Assembly: GCA_964016885.1 (NCBI GenBank)
Contig: OZ024743.1
Coordinates: 132,680,001 to 132,744,000 of the forward strand
DNA length: 64,000 nt
Reading direction: 5' to 3'
Source: Eledone cirrhosa
Taxonomy: Eukaryota
Shown: one piece after another, positions 13,101 to 26,500 of the stretch
Position numbering within the stretch: the first letter of the stretch is position 1
Layout: the number at the start of each line of letters is the position of its first letter
Translations under genes and position numbers: made by a program
Notes under the pieces: model-generated
What the model saw: only the letters and a program-made list of their open reading frames with translations
Database searches by the model: none
What the model was told of the DNA's origin: nothing

Positions 13101-15775
13101 TGCTTGGTGTTAGGTGTTAGGTGTTTGGTGATTGGTGCTTGGTGTTTGGTGCTTGGTGCTTGATGTTTGGTGCTTGGTGCTTGGTGTTTGGTGCTTGGTG
13201 TTTGGTGCTTGGTATTTGGGGCTTAGTGTTTGGTGCTTGGTGCTTGGTGTTTGGTGCTTGGTGTTTGGTGTTTGGTGCTTGGTGTTTGGTGCTTGGTGCT
13301 TGGTGCTGGGTGGTTGGTGTTTGGTGCTTGGTGCTTGGTGTTTGGTGCTTGGTGCTTGGTGTTTGGTGCTTGGCGCTTGGTCTTTGGTGCTTGGTGTTTG
13401 CTGTTTGGTGTTTGGTGTTTGGTGTTTGCTGTTTGGTGTTTGGTGCTTGGTGCTTGGTGCTTGGTGTTTGGTGCTTGGTGCTTGGTGTTTGGTGCTTGGT
13501 GCTTGGTGTTTGGTGCTTGGTGCCTGGTGCTTGTTGTTTGGTGATTGGTGCTTGGTGTTTGCTGTTTGGTGTTTGGTGTTTGGTGTTTGCTGTTTGGTGT
13601 TTGGTGCTGGGTGCTTGGTGTTTGGTGTTTGATGCTTGGTGTTTGATGCTTGGTGCTTGGTGCTTGGTGTTTGGTGTTTGCTGTTTGCTGTTTGGTGTTT
13701 GGTGCTTGGTGCTTGGTGCTTGGTGTTTGGTGCTTGGTGTTTGGTGCTTGGTGCTTGATGGTTGGTGTTTGTACTTGGTGCTTGGTGCTTGGTGTTTTGT
13801 GCTTGATTCTTGGTGTTTGGTGCTAGGTGTTTGCTGCTTAGTGCTTGGTGTTTGGTGTTTGGTGCTTGGTGTTTGGTGCTTGGTGCTTGGTGCTTGGTGT
13901 TAGGTATTTCGTGCTTGGTGTTTGGTGTTTGGTGCTTCATGCTTGGTGCTTGGTGTTTGGTGCTTGGTGCTTGGTGTTTGGTGCTTGGTGCCTGGTGCAT
14001 GGTGTTTGGTGCTTGATGCTTGGTGTTTGGTGTTTGGTGCTTGGTGTTTGGTGCTTGGTGCTTGGTGCTTGGTGTTAGGTGTTAGGTGTTTGATGCTTGG
14101 TGTTTGCTGTTTGGTGTTTGTTGTTTGCTGTTTGGTGTTTGGTCTTTGGTGCTTGGTCTTTGGTGCTTGGTGTTTGGTGGTTGGTGCTTGGTGTTTGGTG
14201 TTTGGTGCTTGGTGCCTGGTGCTTGTTGTTTGGTGATTGGTGCTTGGTGTTTGCTGTTTGGTGTTTGGTGTTTGGTGTTTGCTGTTTTGTGTTTGGTGCT
14301 TGGTGCTTGGTGCTTGGTGTTTGGTGCTTGGTGCTTGGTGTTTGGTGCTTGGTGCTTGATGCTTGGTGTTTGTACTTGGTGCTTGGTGCTTGGTGTTTTG
14401 TGCTTGATTCTTGGTGTTTGGTGCTTGGTGCTTGGTGCTTAGTGCTTGGTGTTTGGTGTTTGGTGCTTGGTGTTTGGTGCTTGGTGCTTGGTGCTTCATG
14501 CTTGGTGCTTGGTGTTTGGTGCTTGGTGCTTGGTGTTTGGTGCTTGGTGCCTGGTGCATGGTGTTTGGTGCTTGATGCTTGGTGTTTGGTGTTTGGAGCT
14601 TGGTGTTTGGTGCTTGGTGCTTTGTGTTTGGTGTTAGGTGTTAGGTGTTTGGTGATTGGTGCTTGGTGTTTGGTGCTTGGTGCTTGATGTTTGGTGCTTG
14701 GTGCTTTGTGTTTGGTGCTTGGTGTTTGGTGCTTGGTACTTGGGGCTTGGTGTTTGGTGCTTGGAGCTTGGTGTTTGGTGCTTGGTGTTTGGTGTTTGGT
14801 GCTTGGTGTTTGGTGCTTGGTGCTTGGTGCTGGGTGGTTGGTGTTTGGTGCTTGGTGCTTGGTGTTTGGTGCTTGGTGCTTGGTGTTTGGTGCTTGGCGC
14901 TTGGTGCTTAGTCTTTGGTGCTTGGTGATTAGTGTTTGGTGCTTGGTGCTTGGGGTTTGGTGTTTGGTGCTTGGTGCTTGGTGTTTGGTGCTTGGTGCTT
15001 GGTGATTGGTGCTTGGTGTTTGGTTTTTGCTGTTTGGTGTTTGGTGTTTGCTGTTTGCTGTTTGCTGTTTGGTGTCTGCATTTTGGTGTTTGGTGTTTGC
15101 TGTATCGTGTTTGCTGTTTCGTGTTTATTGTTTGCTGTTTGGTGTTTGGTGTTTGGTGTTTGGTGTTTCCTGTTTGGTGTTTAGTCTTTGGTGCTTGGTG
15201 TTTGGTGCTTGGTGCTTGGTGTTTGGTGTTTGGTGCTTGGTGCTTGGTGTTTGGTGCTTGGTGCTTGTTGTTTGGTGATTGGTGCTTGGTGCTTGGTGTT
15301 TGGTGTTTGGTGCTTGGGGCTTGGTGTTTGGTGCTTGGTGCTTGGTGCTTGGTGTTTGGTGTTTGATGATTGGTGTTTGGTGTTTGGTGTTTGGTGCTTG
15401 GTGCTTGGTGTTTGGTGTTTGATGCTTCCTGCTTGATGCTTGGTGCTTGGTGCTTGGTGTTTGGTGCTTGGTGCTTGGTGTTTGGTGCTTGGTACTTGGT
15501 GTTTGGTTCTTGGTGTTTGCTGTTTGCTGTTTGGTGTTTGGTGTTTGCTGTTTGCTGTTTGGTGTCTGCTTTTTGGTGTTTGTTGTTTGCTCTATGGTGT
15601 TTGCTGTTTCATGTTTGGTGTTTGCTGTTTGGTGTTTGTTGTTTGGTGTTTGGTGCTTGGTGTTTGGTGCTTGGTGCTTGGTGTTTGGTGCTAGGTGCTT
15701 GGTGCTTGGTGCTTGGTGTTTGGTGTTTGGTGCTTGGTACTTGGGGCTTGGTGTTTGGTGCTTGGTGCTTCGTGC
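9100..15775 (+). repeat. Older, diverged and rearranged copy of the sequence forming the 6936-bp unit
   Basis: Homologous ORF pairs with drifting offsets: 9499/17451 (7952), 11455/19378 (7923), 11802/20501 (8699), 13810/21243 (7433), 14645/22064 and 14932/22351 (7419). Confidence 0.75.
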
Positions 15776-18019
15776 TTGGTGTTTGGTGCTTGGTGCTTGG
15801 TGTTTGGTGTTTGGTGCTTGGTGCCTGGTGCTTGTTGTTTGGTGATTGGTGCTTGGTGTTTGCTGTTTGGTGCTGCGTGCTTGGTGCTTGGTGCTTGGTG
15901 CTTGGTGCTTGGTGTTTTGTGTTTGGTGTTTGATGCTTGGTGTTTGGTGTTTGGTGCTTGTTGCTTGGTGTTTGGTGTTTGATGCTTGGTGCTTGATGCT
16001 TGGTGCTTGGTGCTTGGTGTTTGGTGCTTGGTGCTTGGTGTTTGTACTTGGTGTTTGGTGCTTGGTGTTTGGAGCTTGGTGCTTGGTGTTTGGTGCTTGG
16101 TGCTTGGTGTTTGGTGTTTGGTGCTTGGTGTTTGGTGCTTGGTGCTTGGTGCTTGGTGTTAGGTGTTTGGTGCTTCATGCCTGGTGCTTGGTGTTTGGTG
16201 CTTGGTGCTTGGTGTTTGGTGCTTGGTGCCTGGTGCGTGGTGTTTGTTGCTTGGTGCTTGGTGTTTGGTGTTTGGTGCTTGGTGTTTGGTGCTTGGTGCT
16301 TGGTGTTAGGTGTTAGGTGTTTGGTGCTTGGTGCTTGGTGCTTGGTGTTTGGTGTTTGGTGTTTGGCGCTTGCTGCTTGCTGCTTGGTGTTTGGTGCTTG
16401 GTGATTGGTGCTTGGTGTTTGGTGCTTGGTGCTTGGTGTTTGGTGCTAGGTGCTTGGTGCTTGGTGCTTGGTGTTTGGTGTTTGGTGCTTGGTACTTGGG
16501 GCTTGGTGTTTGGTGCTTGGTGCTTCGTGTTTGGTGTTTGGTGCTTGGTGCTTGGCGTTTAGTGTTTGGTGCTTGGTGTTTGGTGCTTGGTGCTTGGTGC
16601 TTGGTGCTTGGTGTTTGGTGCTTGGTGCTTGGTGCTTGGTGTTTGGTGATTGGTGTTTGGTGTTTGGTGCTTGGTGCTTGGTGTTTGGTGCTTGGTGCTT
16701 GGTGATTAGTGTTTGGTGCTTGGTGCTTGGGGTTTGGTGTTTGGTGCTTGGTGCTTGGTGCTTGGTGCTTGGTTCTTGGTGTTTGCTGCTTGGTGCTTGG
16801 TGCTTGGTGTTTGGTGCTTGGTGCTTGGTGTTTGGTGCTTGGTGTTTGGTGCTTGGTGTTTGGTGCTTGGTGCTTGGTGCTTGGTGCATGGTGCTTGGTG
16901 TTTGGTGCTTGGTGTTTGGTGCTTGGTTTTAGGAGTTTGGTGCTTGGTGCTTGGTGTTTGGTGTTTGGTGCTTGGTATTTGGTGATTGGTGCTTGGTGTT
17001 TGGTGTTTGGTGCTTGGTGTTTGGTGCTTGCTACGTGGTGCTTGGTGCTTGGTGTTAGGTGTTTAGTGCTTGGTGCGTGGTGTTTGGTTTTTGGTGCTTG
17101 GTGCTTGGTGTTTGGTGTTTGGTGCTTGCTGCTGGCTGCTTGGTGTTTGGTGCTTGGTGATTGGTGCTTGGTGTTTGGTGCTTGGTGTTTGGTGTTTGGT
17201 GCTAGGTGCTTGGTGCTTGGTGTTTGGTGATGATTGGTGCTTGGTGTTTGGTGTTTGGTGCTTGGTGCTTGGTGTTTGGTGCTTGGTGCTGGGTGGTTGG
17301 TGTTTGGTGCTTGGTGTTTGGTGCTGGGTGCTTGGTGTTTGGTGCTTGGTGCTTGGTCTTTGGTGCTTGGTGTTTGGTGTTTGGTGCTTGGTGCTTGGTG
17401 CTTGGTGTTTGGTGCTTGGTGCTTGGTGTTTGGTGCTTGGTGCTTAGTGTTTGGTGCTAGGTGCTTGGGGTTTGGTGTTTGGTGCTTGGTGTTTGGTGCT
17501 TGGTGCTTGGTGTTTGGTGTTTGGTGTTTGGTGCTTGGTGCTTGGTATTTGGTGTTTGCTGTTTACTGTTTGGTGTTTGTTGTTTGGTGTTTGTTGTTTG
17601 GTGTTTGTTGTTTGGTGTTTGTTGTTTGGTGTTTGCTGTTTGGTGTTTGGTGTTTGTTGTTTGGTGTTTGCTGTTTGGTGTCTGCTTTTTGGTGTTTGGT
17701 GTTTGCTGTATGTTGTTTGCTGTTTGGTGTTTGGTGTTTGGTATTTGGTGTTTGGTGCTTGGTGCTTGGTGTTTGGTGATTGGTGCTTGGTGTTTGGTGC
17801 CTGGTGCTTGGTGCTTGGTGTTTGGTGTTTGGTGCTTGGTGCTTGGTGCTTGGAGTTTGGTGTTTGGTGCTTGTTGCTTGGTGTTTTGTGTTTGGTGTTT
17901 GGTGTTTGCTGTATGGTGTTTGCTGTTTCGTGTTTGGTGTTTGCTGTTTGGTGTTTGGTCTTTGGTGCTTGGTGTTTGGTGCTTGGTGCTTGGTGTTTGG
18001 TGTTTGGTGCTTGGTGCTT

Positions 18020-18200
18020 GGTGTTTGGTGTTTGGTGCTTGGTGCTTGGTGCTTGGTATTTGGTGTTTGGTGCTTGGTGTCTGGTGCTTGGTGTTTGGTG
18101 CTTGGTGTTTGGTGTTTGGTGTTTGGTGCTTGGTGCTTGGTATTTGGTGTTTGGTGCTTGGTGTCTGGTGCTTGGTGTTTGGTGCTTGGTGTTTGGTGTT
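18020..18200 (+). repeat. 84-bp (12-unit) local duplication carrying TTGGTAT...CTGGTGC; also at ~10460-10620 and ~24956-25136
   Basis: The A of 'ggtatttggtgtttggtgcttggtgtctggtgc' is at 18058 and 18142, and at 10490 and 10574. Confidence 0.8.
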
Positions 18201-18989
18201 TGGTGTTTGGTGCTTGGTGCTTGGTGTTTGGTGTTTGGTGTTTGGTGTTTGGTGTTTGCTGTTTGGTGTCTGCTTTTTGGTGTTTGGTGTTTGCTGTATG
18301 GTGTTTGCTGTTTCGTGTTTGGTGTTTGCTGTTTGGTGTTTGGTGTTTGCTGTTTGGTGTTTGGTCTTTGGTGCTTGGTGTTTGGTGCTTGGTGTTTGGT
18401 GTTTGGTGCTTGGTGCTTGGTGTTTGGTATTTGGTGCTTGGTGCTTGGTGCTTGGTGTTTGGTGTTTGGTGCTTGGTGCTTGGTGCTTGGTGTTTGGTGC
18501 TTGGTGCTTGGTGTTTGGTGCTGGGTGCTTGGTGTTTGGTGCTTGGTGCTTGGTGCTTGGTGCTTGGTATTTGGTGTTTGCTGCTTCGTGTCTGGTGCTT
18601 GGTGTTTGGTGCTTGGTGTTTGGTGTTTGGTGTTTGGTGCTTGGTGTTTGGTGTTTGGTGTTTGGTGCTTGTTGCTTGGTGCTTGGTGCTTGGTGTTTGG
18701 TGCTTGGTGCTTGGTGTTTGGTGCTGGGTGCTGGGTGCTTGGTGCTTGGTGCATGGTGCTTGGTGCTTGGTGTTTGGTGTTTGGTGCTTGGTGCTTGGTG
18801 TTTGGTGTTATATGCTTGGTGTTTGATGCTTGGTGCTTGGTGCTTGGTGTTTGGTGTTTGGTGCTTGGTGTTTGATGCTTGGTGCTTGGTGCTTGGTGTT
18901 TGGTGCTTGGTGCTTGGTGTTTGTACTTGGTGCTTGGTGCATGGTTCTTGGTGTTTGGTGCTTGGTGCTTGGTGCTTGGTGTTTGGTGC

Positions 18990-20560
18990 TTGGTGCTTGG
19001 TGTTTGGTGCTTGGTGTTTGGTGCTTGGTGTTTGGTGCTTGGTGCTTGGTGCTTGGTGCATGGTGCTTGGTGTTTGGTGCTTGGTGTTTGGTGCTTGGTG
19101 TTAGGTGTTTGGTGCTTGGTGCTTGGTGTTTGGTGTTTGGTGCTTGGTTTTTGGTGCTTGGTGCTTGGTGTTTGGTGTTTGGTGCTTGGTGTTTGGTGCT
19201 TGCTACGTGGTGCTTGGTGCTTGGTGTTAGGTGTTTGGTGCTTGGTGCGTGGTGTTTGGTTTTTGGTGCTTGGTGCTTGGTGTTTGGTGTTTGGTGCTTG
19301 CTGCTGGCTGCTTGGTGTTTGGTGCTTGGTGATTGGTGCTTGGTGTTTGGTGCTTGGTGTTTGGTGTTTGGTGCTAGGTGCTTGGTGCTTGGTGTTTGGT
19401 GCTTGGTGCTTGGTGTTTGGTGTTTGGTGCTTTGTGCTTGGTGTCTGGTGCTTGGTGCTGGGTGGTTGGTGTTTGGTGCTTGGTGTTTGGTGCTGGGTGC
19501 TTGGTGTTTGGTGCTTGGTGCTTGGTCTTTGGTGCTTGGTGTTTGGTGTTTGGTGCTTGGTGCTTGGTGCTTGGTGTTTGGTGCTTGGTGCTTGGTGTTT
19601 GGTGCTTGGTGCTTAGAGTTTGGTGCTAGGTGCTTGGGGTTTGGTGTTTGGTGCTTGGTGCTTGGTGTTTGGTGCTTGGTGCTTGGTGCTTGGTCTTTGC
19701 TGTTTGGTGTTTAGTGCTTGGTGCTTGGTGCTTGGTGTTTGGTGCTTTGTGCTTGGTGCATTGTGATTAGTGTTTGGTGCTTGGTGTTTGGTGCTTGGTG
19801 TTTGGTGCTTGGTGTTTGGTGCTTGGTGCTTGGTGCTTGGTGCATGGTGCTTGGTGTTTGGTGCTTGGTGTTTGGTGCTTGGTGTTAGGTGTTTGGTGCT
19901 TGGTGCTTGGTGTTTGGTGTTTGGTGCTTGGTTTTTGGTGCTTGGTGCTTGGTGTTTGGTGTTTGGTGCTTGGTGTTTGGTGCTTGCTACGTGGTGCTGG
20001 TGCTTGGTGTTAGGTGTTTGGTGCTTGGTGCGTGGTGTTTGGTTTTTAGTGCTTGGTGCTTGGTGTTTGGTGTTTGGTGCTTGCTGCTGGCTGCTTGGTG
20101 TTTGGTGCTTGGTGATTGGTGCTTGGTGTTTGGTGCTTGGTGTTTGGTGTTTGGTGCTAGGTGCTTGGTGCTTGGTGTTTGGTGCTTGGTGCTTGGTGTT
20201 TGGTGTTTGGTGCTTTGTGCTTGGTGTCTGGTGCTTGGTGCTGGGTGGTTGGTGTTTGGTGCTTGGTGTTTGGTGCTGGGTGCTTGGTGTTTGGTGCTTG
20301 GTGCTTGGTCTTTGGTGCTTGGTGTTTGGTGTTTGGTGCTTGGTGCTTGGTGCTTGGTGTTTGGTGCTTGGTGCTTGGTGCTTGGTGCTTGGTGCTTAGT
20401 GTTTGGTGCTAGGTGCTTGGGGTTTGGTGTTTGGTGCTTGGTGCTTGGTGTTTGGTGCTTGGTGCTTGGTGCTTGGTCTTTGCTGTTTGGTGTTTAGTGC
20501 TTGGTGCTTGGTGCTTGGTGTTTGGTGCTTTGTGCTTGGTGCATTGTGATTAGTGTTTGG
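18990..20560 (+). repeat. Internal 783/784-bp tandem duplication inside the 6936-bp unit (again at ~25926-27496)
   Basis: 'gcatgg' at 19058/19842 (784); ORFs 19378/20161 and 26314/27097 (783, after a 1-bp deletion near 19998). Both copies end in 'attgtga ttagtgt'. Confidence 0.9.
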
Positions 20561-23500
20561 TGCTTGGTGCTTGGGGTTTGGTGTTTGGTGCTTGGTGCTT
20601 GGTATTTGGTGCTTGGTACTTGGTGTTTGGTGCTTGGTGTTTGCTGTTTGCTGTTTGCTGTTTTTGGTGTTTGCTGTTTGCTGTTTGGTGTCTGCTTTTT
20701 GGTGTTTGGTGTTTGCTCTATGGTGTTTGCTGTTTCATGTTTGGTGTTTGCTGTTTGGTGTTTGGTGTTTGCTGTTTGGTGTTTGGTCTTTGGTGCTTGG
20801 TCTTTGGTGCTTGGTGTTTGGTGCTTGGTGCTTGGTGTTTGGTGTTTGGTGCTTGGTGCCTGGTGCTTGTTGTTTGTGATTGGTGCTTGGTGTTTGCTGT
20901 TTGGTGTTTGGTGCTTGGTGTTTGCTGTTTGGTGTTTGGTGCTTGGTGCATGGTGCTTGGTGTTTGGTGCTTGGTGCTTGGTGCCTGCTGCTTGTTGTTT
21001 GGTGATTGGTGCTTGGTGTTTGCTGTTTGGTGTTTGGTGTTTGGTGTTTGCTGTTTGGTGTTTGGTGCTTGGTGTTTGATGCTTGGTGCTTGGTGCTTGG
21101 TGTTTGGTGTTTGGTGTTTGCTGTTTGGTGTTTGGTGCTTGGTGCTTGGTGCTTGGTGTTTGGTGCTTGGTGTTTGGTGCTTGGTGCTTGATGGTTGGTG
21201 TTTGTACTTGGTGCTTGGTGCTTGGTGTTTTGTGCTTGATTCTTGGTGTTTGGTGCTAGGTGTTTGCTGCTTAGTGCTTGGTGTTTGGTGTTTGGTGCTT
21301 GGTGTTTGGTGCTTGGTGCTTGGTTCTTGGTGTTAGGTATTTCGTGCTTGGTGTTTGGTGTTTGGTGCTTCATGCTTGGTGCTTGGTGTTTGGTGCTTGG
21401 TGCTTGGTGTTTGGTGCTTGGTGCCTGGTGCATGGTGTTTGGTGCTTGATGCTTGGTGTTTGGTGTTTGGTGCCTGGTGTTTGGTGCTTGGTGCTTGGTG
21501 CTTGGTGTTAGGTGTTAGGTGTTTGATGCTTGGTGTTTGCTGTTTGGTGTTTGTTGTTTGCTGTTTGGTGTTTGGTCTTTGGTGCTTGGTCTTTGGTGCT
21601 TGGTGTTTGGTGCTTGGTGCTTGGTGTTTGGTGTTTGGTGCTTGGTGCCTGGTGCTTGTTGTTTGGTGATTGGTGCTTGGTGTTTGCTGTTTGGTGTTTG
21701 GTGTTTGGTGTTTGCTGTTTTGTGTTTGGTGCTTGGTGCTTGGTGCTTGGTGTTTGGTGCTTGGTGCTTGGTGTTTGGTGCTTGGTGCTTGATGCTTGGT
21801 GTTTGTACTTGGTGCTTGGTGCTTGGTGTTTTGTGCTTGATTCTTGGTGTTTGGTGCTTGGTGTTTGGTGCTTAGTGCTTGGTGTTTGGTGTTTGGTGCT
21901 TGGTGTTTGGTGCTTGGTGCTTGGTGCTTGGTGTTTGGTGCTTGATGCTTGGTGTTTGGTGCTTGGTGCCTGGTGCATGGTGTTTGGTGCTTGATGCTTG
22001 GTGTTTGGTGTTTGGTGCTTGGTGTTTGGTGCTTGGTGCTTGGTGCTTGGTGTTAGGTGTTAGGTGTTTGGTGATTGGTGCTTGGTGTTTGGTGCTTGGT
22101 GCTTGATGTTTGGTGCTTGGTGCTTGGTGTTTGGTGCTTGCTGTTTGGTGCTTGGTACTTGGGGCTTGGTGTTTGGTGCTTGGTGCTTGGTGTTTGGTGC
22201 TTGGTGTTTGGTGTTTGGTGCTTGGTGTTTGGTGCTTGGTGCTTGGTGCTGGGTGGTTGGTGTTTGGTGCTTGGTGCTTGGTGTTTGGTGCTTGGTGCTT
22301 GGTGTTTGGTGCTTGGCGCTTGGTGCTTGGTCTTTGGTGCTTGGTGATTAGTGTTTGGTGCTTGGTGCTTGGGGTTTGGTGTTTGGTGCTTGGTGCTTGG
22401 TGTTTGGTGCTTGGTGTTTGGTGCTTGGTGTTTGGTTTTTGCTGTTTGGTGTTTGGTGTTTGCTGTTTGCTGTTTGCTGTTTGGTGTCTGCTTTTTGGTG
22501 TTTGGTGTTTGCTGTATCGTGTTTGCTGTTTCGTGTTTATTGTTTGCTGTTTGGTGTTTGGTGTTTGGTGTTTGGTGTTTCCTGTTTGGTGTTTAGTCTT
22601 TGGTGCTTGGTGTTTGGTGCTTGGTGCTTGGTGTTTGGTGTTTGGTGCTTGGTGCTTGGTGTTTGGTGCTTGGTGCTTGTTGTTTGGTGATTGGTGCTTG
22701 GTGCTTGGTGTTTGGTGTTTGGTGCTTGGTGCTTGGTGTTTGGTGTTTGGTGCTTGGTGCCTGGTGCTTGTTGTTTGGTGATTGGTGCTTGGTGTTTGCT
22801 GTTTGGTGCTGCGTGCTTGGTGCTTGGTGCTTGGTGCTTGGTGCTTGGTGTTTTGTGTTTGGTGTTTGATGCTTGGTGTTTGGTGTTTGGTGCTTGTTGC
22901 TTGGTGTTTGGTGTTTGATGCTTGGTGCTTGATGCTTGGTGCTTGGTGCTTGGTGTTTGGTGCTTGGTGCTTGGTGTTTGTACTTGGTGTTTGGTGCTTG
23001 GTGTTTGGAGCTTGGTGCTTGGTGTTTGGTGCTTGGTGCTTGGTGTTTGGTGTTTGGTGCTTGGTGTTTGGTGCTTGGTGCTTGGTGCTTGGTGTTAGGT
23101 GTTTGGTGCTTCATGCCTGGTGCTTGGTGTTTGGTGCTTGGTGCTTGGTGTTTGGTGCTTGGTGCCTGGTGCGTGGTGTTTGTTGCTTGGTGCTTGGTGT
23201 TTGGTGTTTGGTGCTTGGTGTTTGGTGCTTGGTGCTTGGTGTTAGGTGTTAGGTGTTTGGTGCTTGGTGCTTGGTGCTTGGTGTTTGGTGTTTGGTGTTT
23301 GGCGCTTGCTGCTTGCTGCTTGGTGTTTGGTGCTTGGTGATTGGTGCTTGGTGTTTGGTGCTTGGTGCTTGGTGTTTGGTGCTAGGTGCTTGGTGCTTGG
23401 TGCTTGGTGTTTGGTGTTTGGTGCTTGGTACTTGGGGCTTGGTGTTTGGTGCTTGGTGCTTCGTGTTTGGTGTTTGGTGCTTGGTGCTTGGCGTTTAGTG

Positions 23501-26500
23501 TTTGGTGCTTGGTGTTTGGTGCTTGGTGCTTGGTGCTTGGTGCTTGGTGTTTGGTGCTTGGTGCTTGGTGCTTGGTGTTTGGTGATTGGTGTTTGGTGTT
23601 TGGTGCTTGGTGCTTGGTGTTTGGTGCTTGGTGCTTGGTGATTAGTGTTTGGTGCTTGGTGCTTGGGGTTTGGTGTTTGGTGCTTGGTGCTTGGTGCTTG
23701 GTGCTTGGTTCTTGGTGTTTGCTGCTTGGTGCTTGGTGCTTGGTGTTTGGTGCTTGGTGCTTGGTGTTTGGTGCTTGGTGTTTGGTGCTTGGTGTTTGGT
23801 GCTTGGTGCTTGGTGCTTGGTGCATGGTGCTTGGTGTTTGGTGCTTGGTGTTTGGTGCTTGGTTTTAGGAGTTTGGTGCTTGGTGCTTGGTGTTTGGTGT
23901 TTGGTGCTTGGTATTTGGTGATTGGTGCTTGGTGTTTGGTGTTTGGTGCTTGGTGTTTGGTGCTTGCTACGTGGTGCTTGGTGCTTGGTGTTAGGTGTTT
24001 AGTGCTTGGTGCGTGGTGTTTGGTTTTTGGTGCTTGGTGCTTGGTGTTTGGTGTTTGGTGCTTGCTGCTGGCTGCTTGGTGTTTGGTGCTTGGTGATTGG
24101 TGCTTGGTGTTTGGTGCTTGGTGTTTGGTGTTTGGTGCTAGGTGCTTGGTGCTTGGTGTTTGGTGATGATTGGTGCTTGGTGTTTGGTGTTTGGTGCTTG
24201 GTGCTTGGTGTTTGGTGCTTGGTGCTGGGTGGTTGGTGTTTGGTGCTTGGTGTTTGGTGCTGGGTGCTTGGTGTTTGGTGCTTGGTGCTTGGTCTTTGGT
24301 GCTTGGTGTTTGGTGTTTGGTGCTTGGTGCTTGGTGCTTGGTGTTTGGTGCTTGGTGCTTGGTGTTTGGTGCTTGGTGCTTAGTGTTTGGTGCTAGGTGC
24401 TTGGGGTTTGGTGTTTGGTGCTTGGTGTTTGGTGCTTGGTGCTTGGTGTTTGGTGTTTGGTGTTTGGTGCTTGGTGCTTGGTATTTGGTGTTTGCTGTTT
24501 ACTGTTTGGTGTTTGTTGTTTGGTGTTTGTTGTTTGGTGTTTGTTGTTTGGTGTTTGTTGTTTGGTGTTTGCTGTTTGGTGTTTGGTGTTTGTTGTTTGG
24601 TGTTTGCTGTTTGGTGTCTGCTTTTTGGTGTTTGGTGTTTGCTGTATGTTGTTTGCTGTTTGGTGTTTGGTGTTTGGTATTTGGTGTTTGGTGCTTGGTG
24701 CTTGGTGTTTGGTGATTGGTGCTTGGTGTTTGGTGCCTGGTGCTTGGTGCTTGGTGTTTGGTGTTTGGTGCTTGGTGCTTGGTGCTTGGAGTTTGGTGTT
24801 TGGTGCTTGTTGCTTGGTGTTTTGTGTTTGGTGTTTGGTGTTTGCTGTATGGTGTTTGCTGTTTCGTGTTTGGTGTTTGCTGTTTGGTGTTTGGTCTTTG
24901 GTGCTTGGTGTTTGGTGCTTGGTGCTTGGTGTTTGGTGTTTGGTGCTTGGTGCTTGGTGTTTGGTGTTTGGTGCTTGGTGCTTGGTGCTTGGTATTTGGT
25001 GTTTGGTGCTTGGTGTCTGGTGCTTGGTGTTTGGTGCTTGGTGTTTGGTGTTTGGTGTTTGGTGCTTGGTGCTTGGTATTTGGTGTTTGGTGCTTGGTGT
25101 CTGGTGCTTGGTGTTTGGTGCTTGGTGTTTGGTGTTTGGTGTTTGGTGCTTGGTGCTTGGTGTTTGGTGTTTGGTGTTTGGTGTTTGGTGTTTGCTGTTT
25201 GGTGTCTGCTTTTTGGTGTTTGGTGTTTGCTGTATGGTGTTTGCTGTTTCGTGTTTGGTGTTTGCTGTTTGGTGTTTGGTGTTTGCTGTTTGGTGTTTGG
25301 TCTTTGGTGCTTGGTGTTTGGTGCTTGGTGTTTGGTGTTTGGTGCTTGGTGCTTGGTGTTTGGTATTTGGTGCTTGGTGCTTGGTGCTTGGTGTTTGGTG
25401 TTTGGTGCTTGGTGCTTGGTGCTTGGTGTTTGGTGCTTGGTGCTTGGTGTTTGGTGCTGGGTGCTTGGTGTTTGGTGCTTGGTGCTTGGTGCTTGGTGCT
25501 TGGTATTTGGTGTTTGCTGCTTCGTGTCTGGTGCTTGGTGTTTGGTGCTTGGTGTTTGGTGTTTGGTGTTTGGTGCTTGGTGTTTGGTGTTTGGTGTTTG
25601 GTGCTTGTTGCTTGGTGCTTGGTGCTTGGTGTTTGGTGCTTGGTGCTTGGTGTTTGGTGCTGGGTGCTGGGTGCTTGGTGCTTGGTGCATGGTGCTTGGT
25701 GCTTGGTGTTTGGTGTTTGGTGCTTGGTGCTTGGTGTTTGGTGTTATATGCTTGGTGTTTGATGCTTGGTGCTTGGTGCTTGGTGTTTGGTGTTTGGTGC
25801 TTGGTGTTTGATGCTTGGTGCTTGGTGCTTGGTGTTTGGTGCTTGGTGCTTGGTGTTTGTACTTGGTGCTTGGTGCATGGTTCTTGGTGTTTGGTGCTTG
25901 GTGCTTGGTGCTTGGTGTTTGGTGCTTGGTGCTTGGTGTTTGGTGCTTGGTGTTTGGTGCTTGGTGTTTGGTGCTTGGTGCTTGGTGCTTGGTGCATGGT
26001 GCTTGGTGTTTGGTGCTTGGTGTTTGGTGCTTGGTGTTAGGTGTTTGGTGCTTGGTGCTTGGTGTTTGGTGTTTGGTGCTTGGTTTTTGGTGCTTGGTGC
26101 TTGGTGTTTGGTGTTTGGTGCTTGGTGTTTGGTGCTTGCTACGTGGTGCTTGGTGCTTGGTGTTAGGTGTTTGGTGCTTGGTGCGTGGTGTTTGGTTTTT
26201 GGTGCTTGGTGCTTGGTGTTTGGTGTTTGGTGCTTGCTGCTGGCTGCTTGGTGTTTGGTGCTTGGTGATTGGTGCTTGGTGTTTGGTGCTTGGTGTTTGG
26301 TGTTTGGTGCTAGGTGCTTGGTGCTTGGTGTTTGGTGCTTGGTGCTTGGTGTTTGGTGTTTGGTGCTTTGTGCTTGGTGTCTGGTGCTTGGTGCTGGGTG
26401 GTTGGTGTTTGGTGCTTGGTGTTTGGTGCTGGGTGCTTGGTGTTTGGTGCTTGGTGCTTGGTCTTTGGTGCTTGGTGTTTGGTGTTTGGTGCTTGGTGCT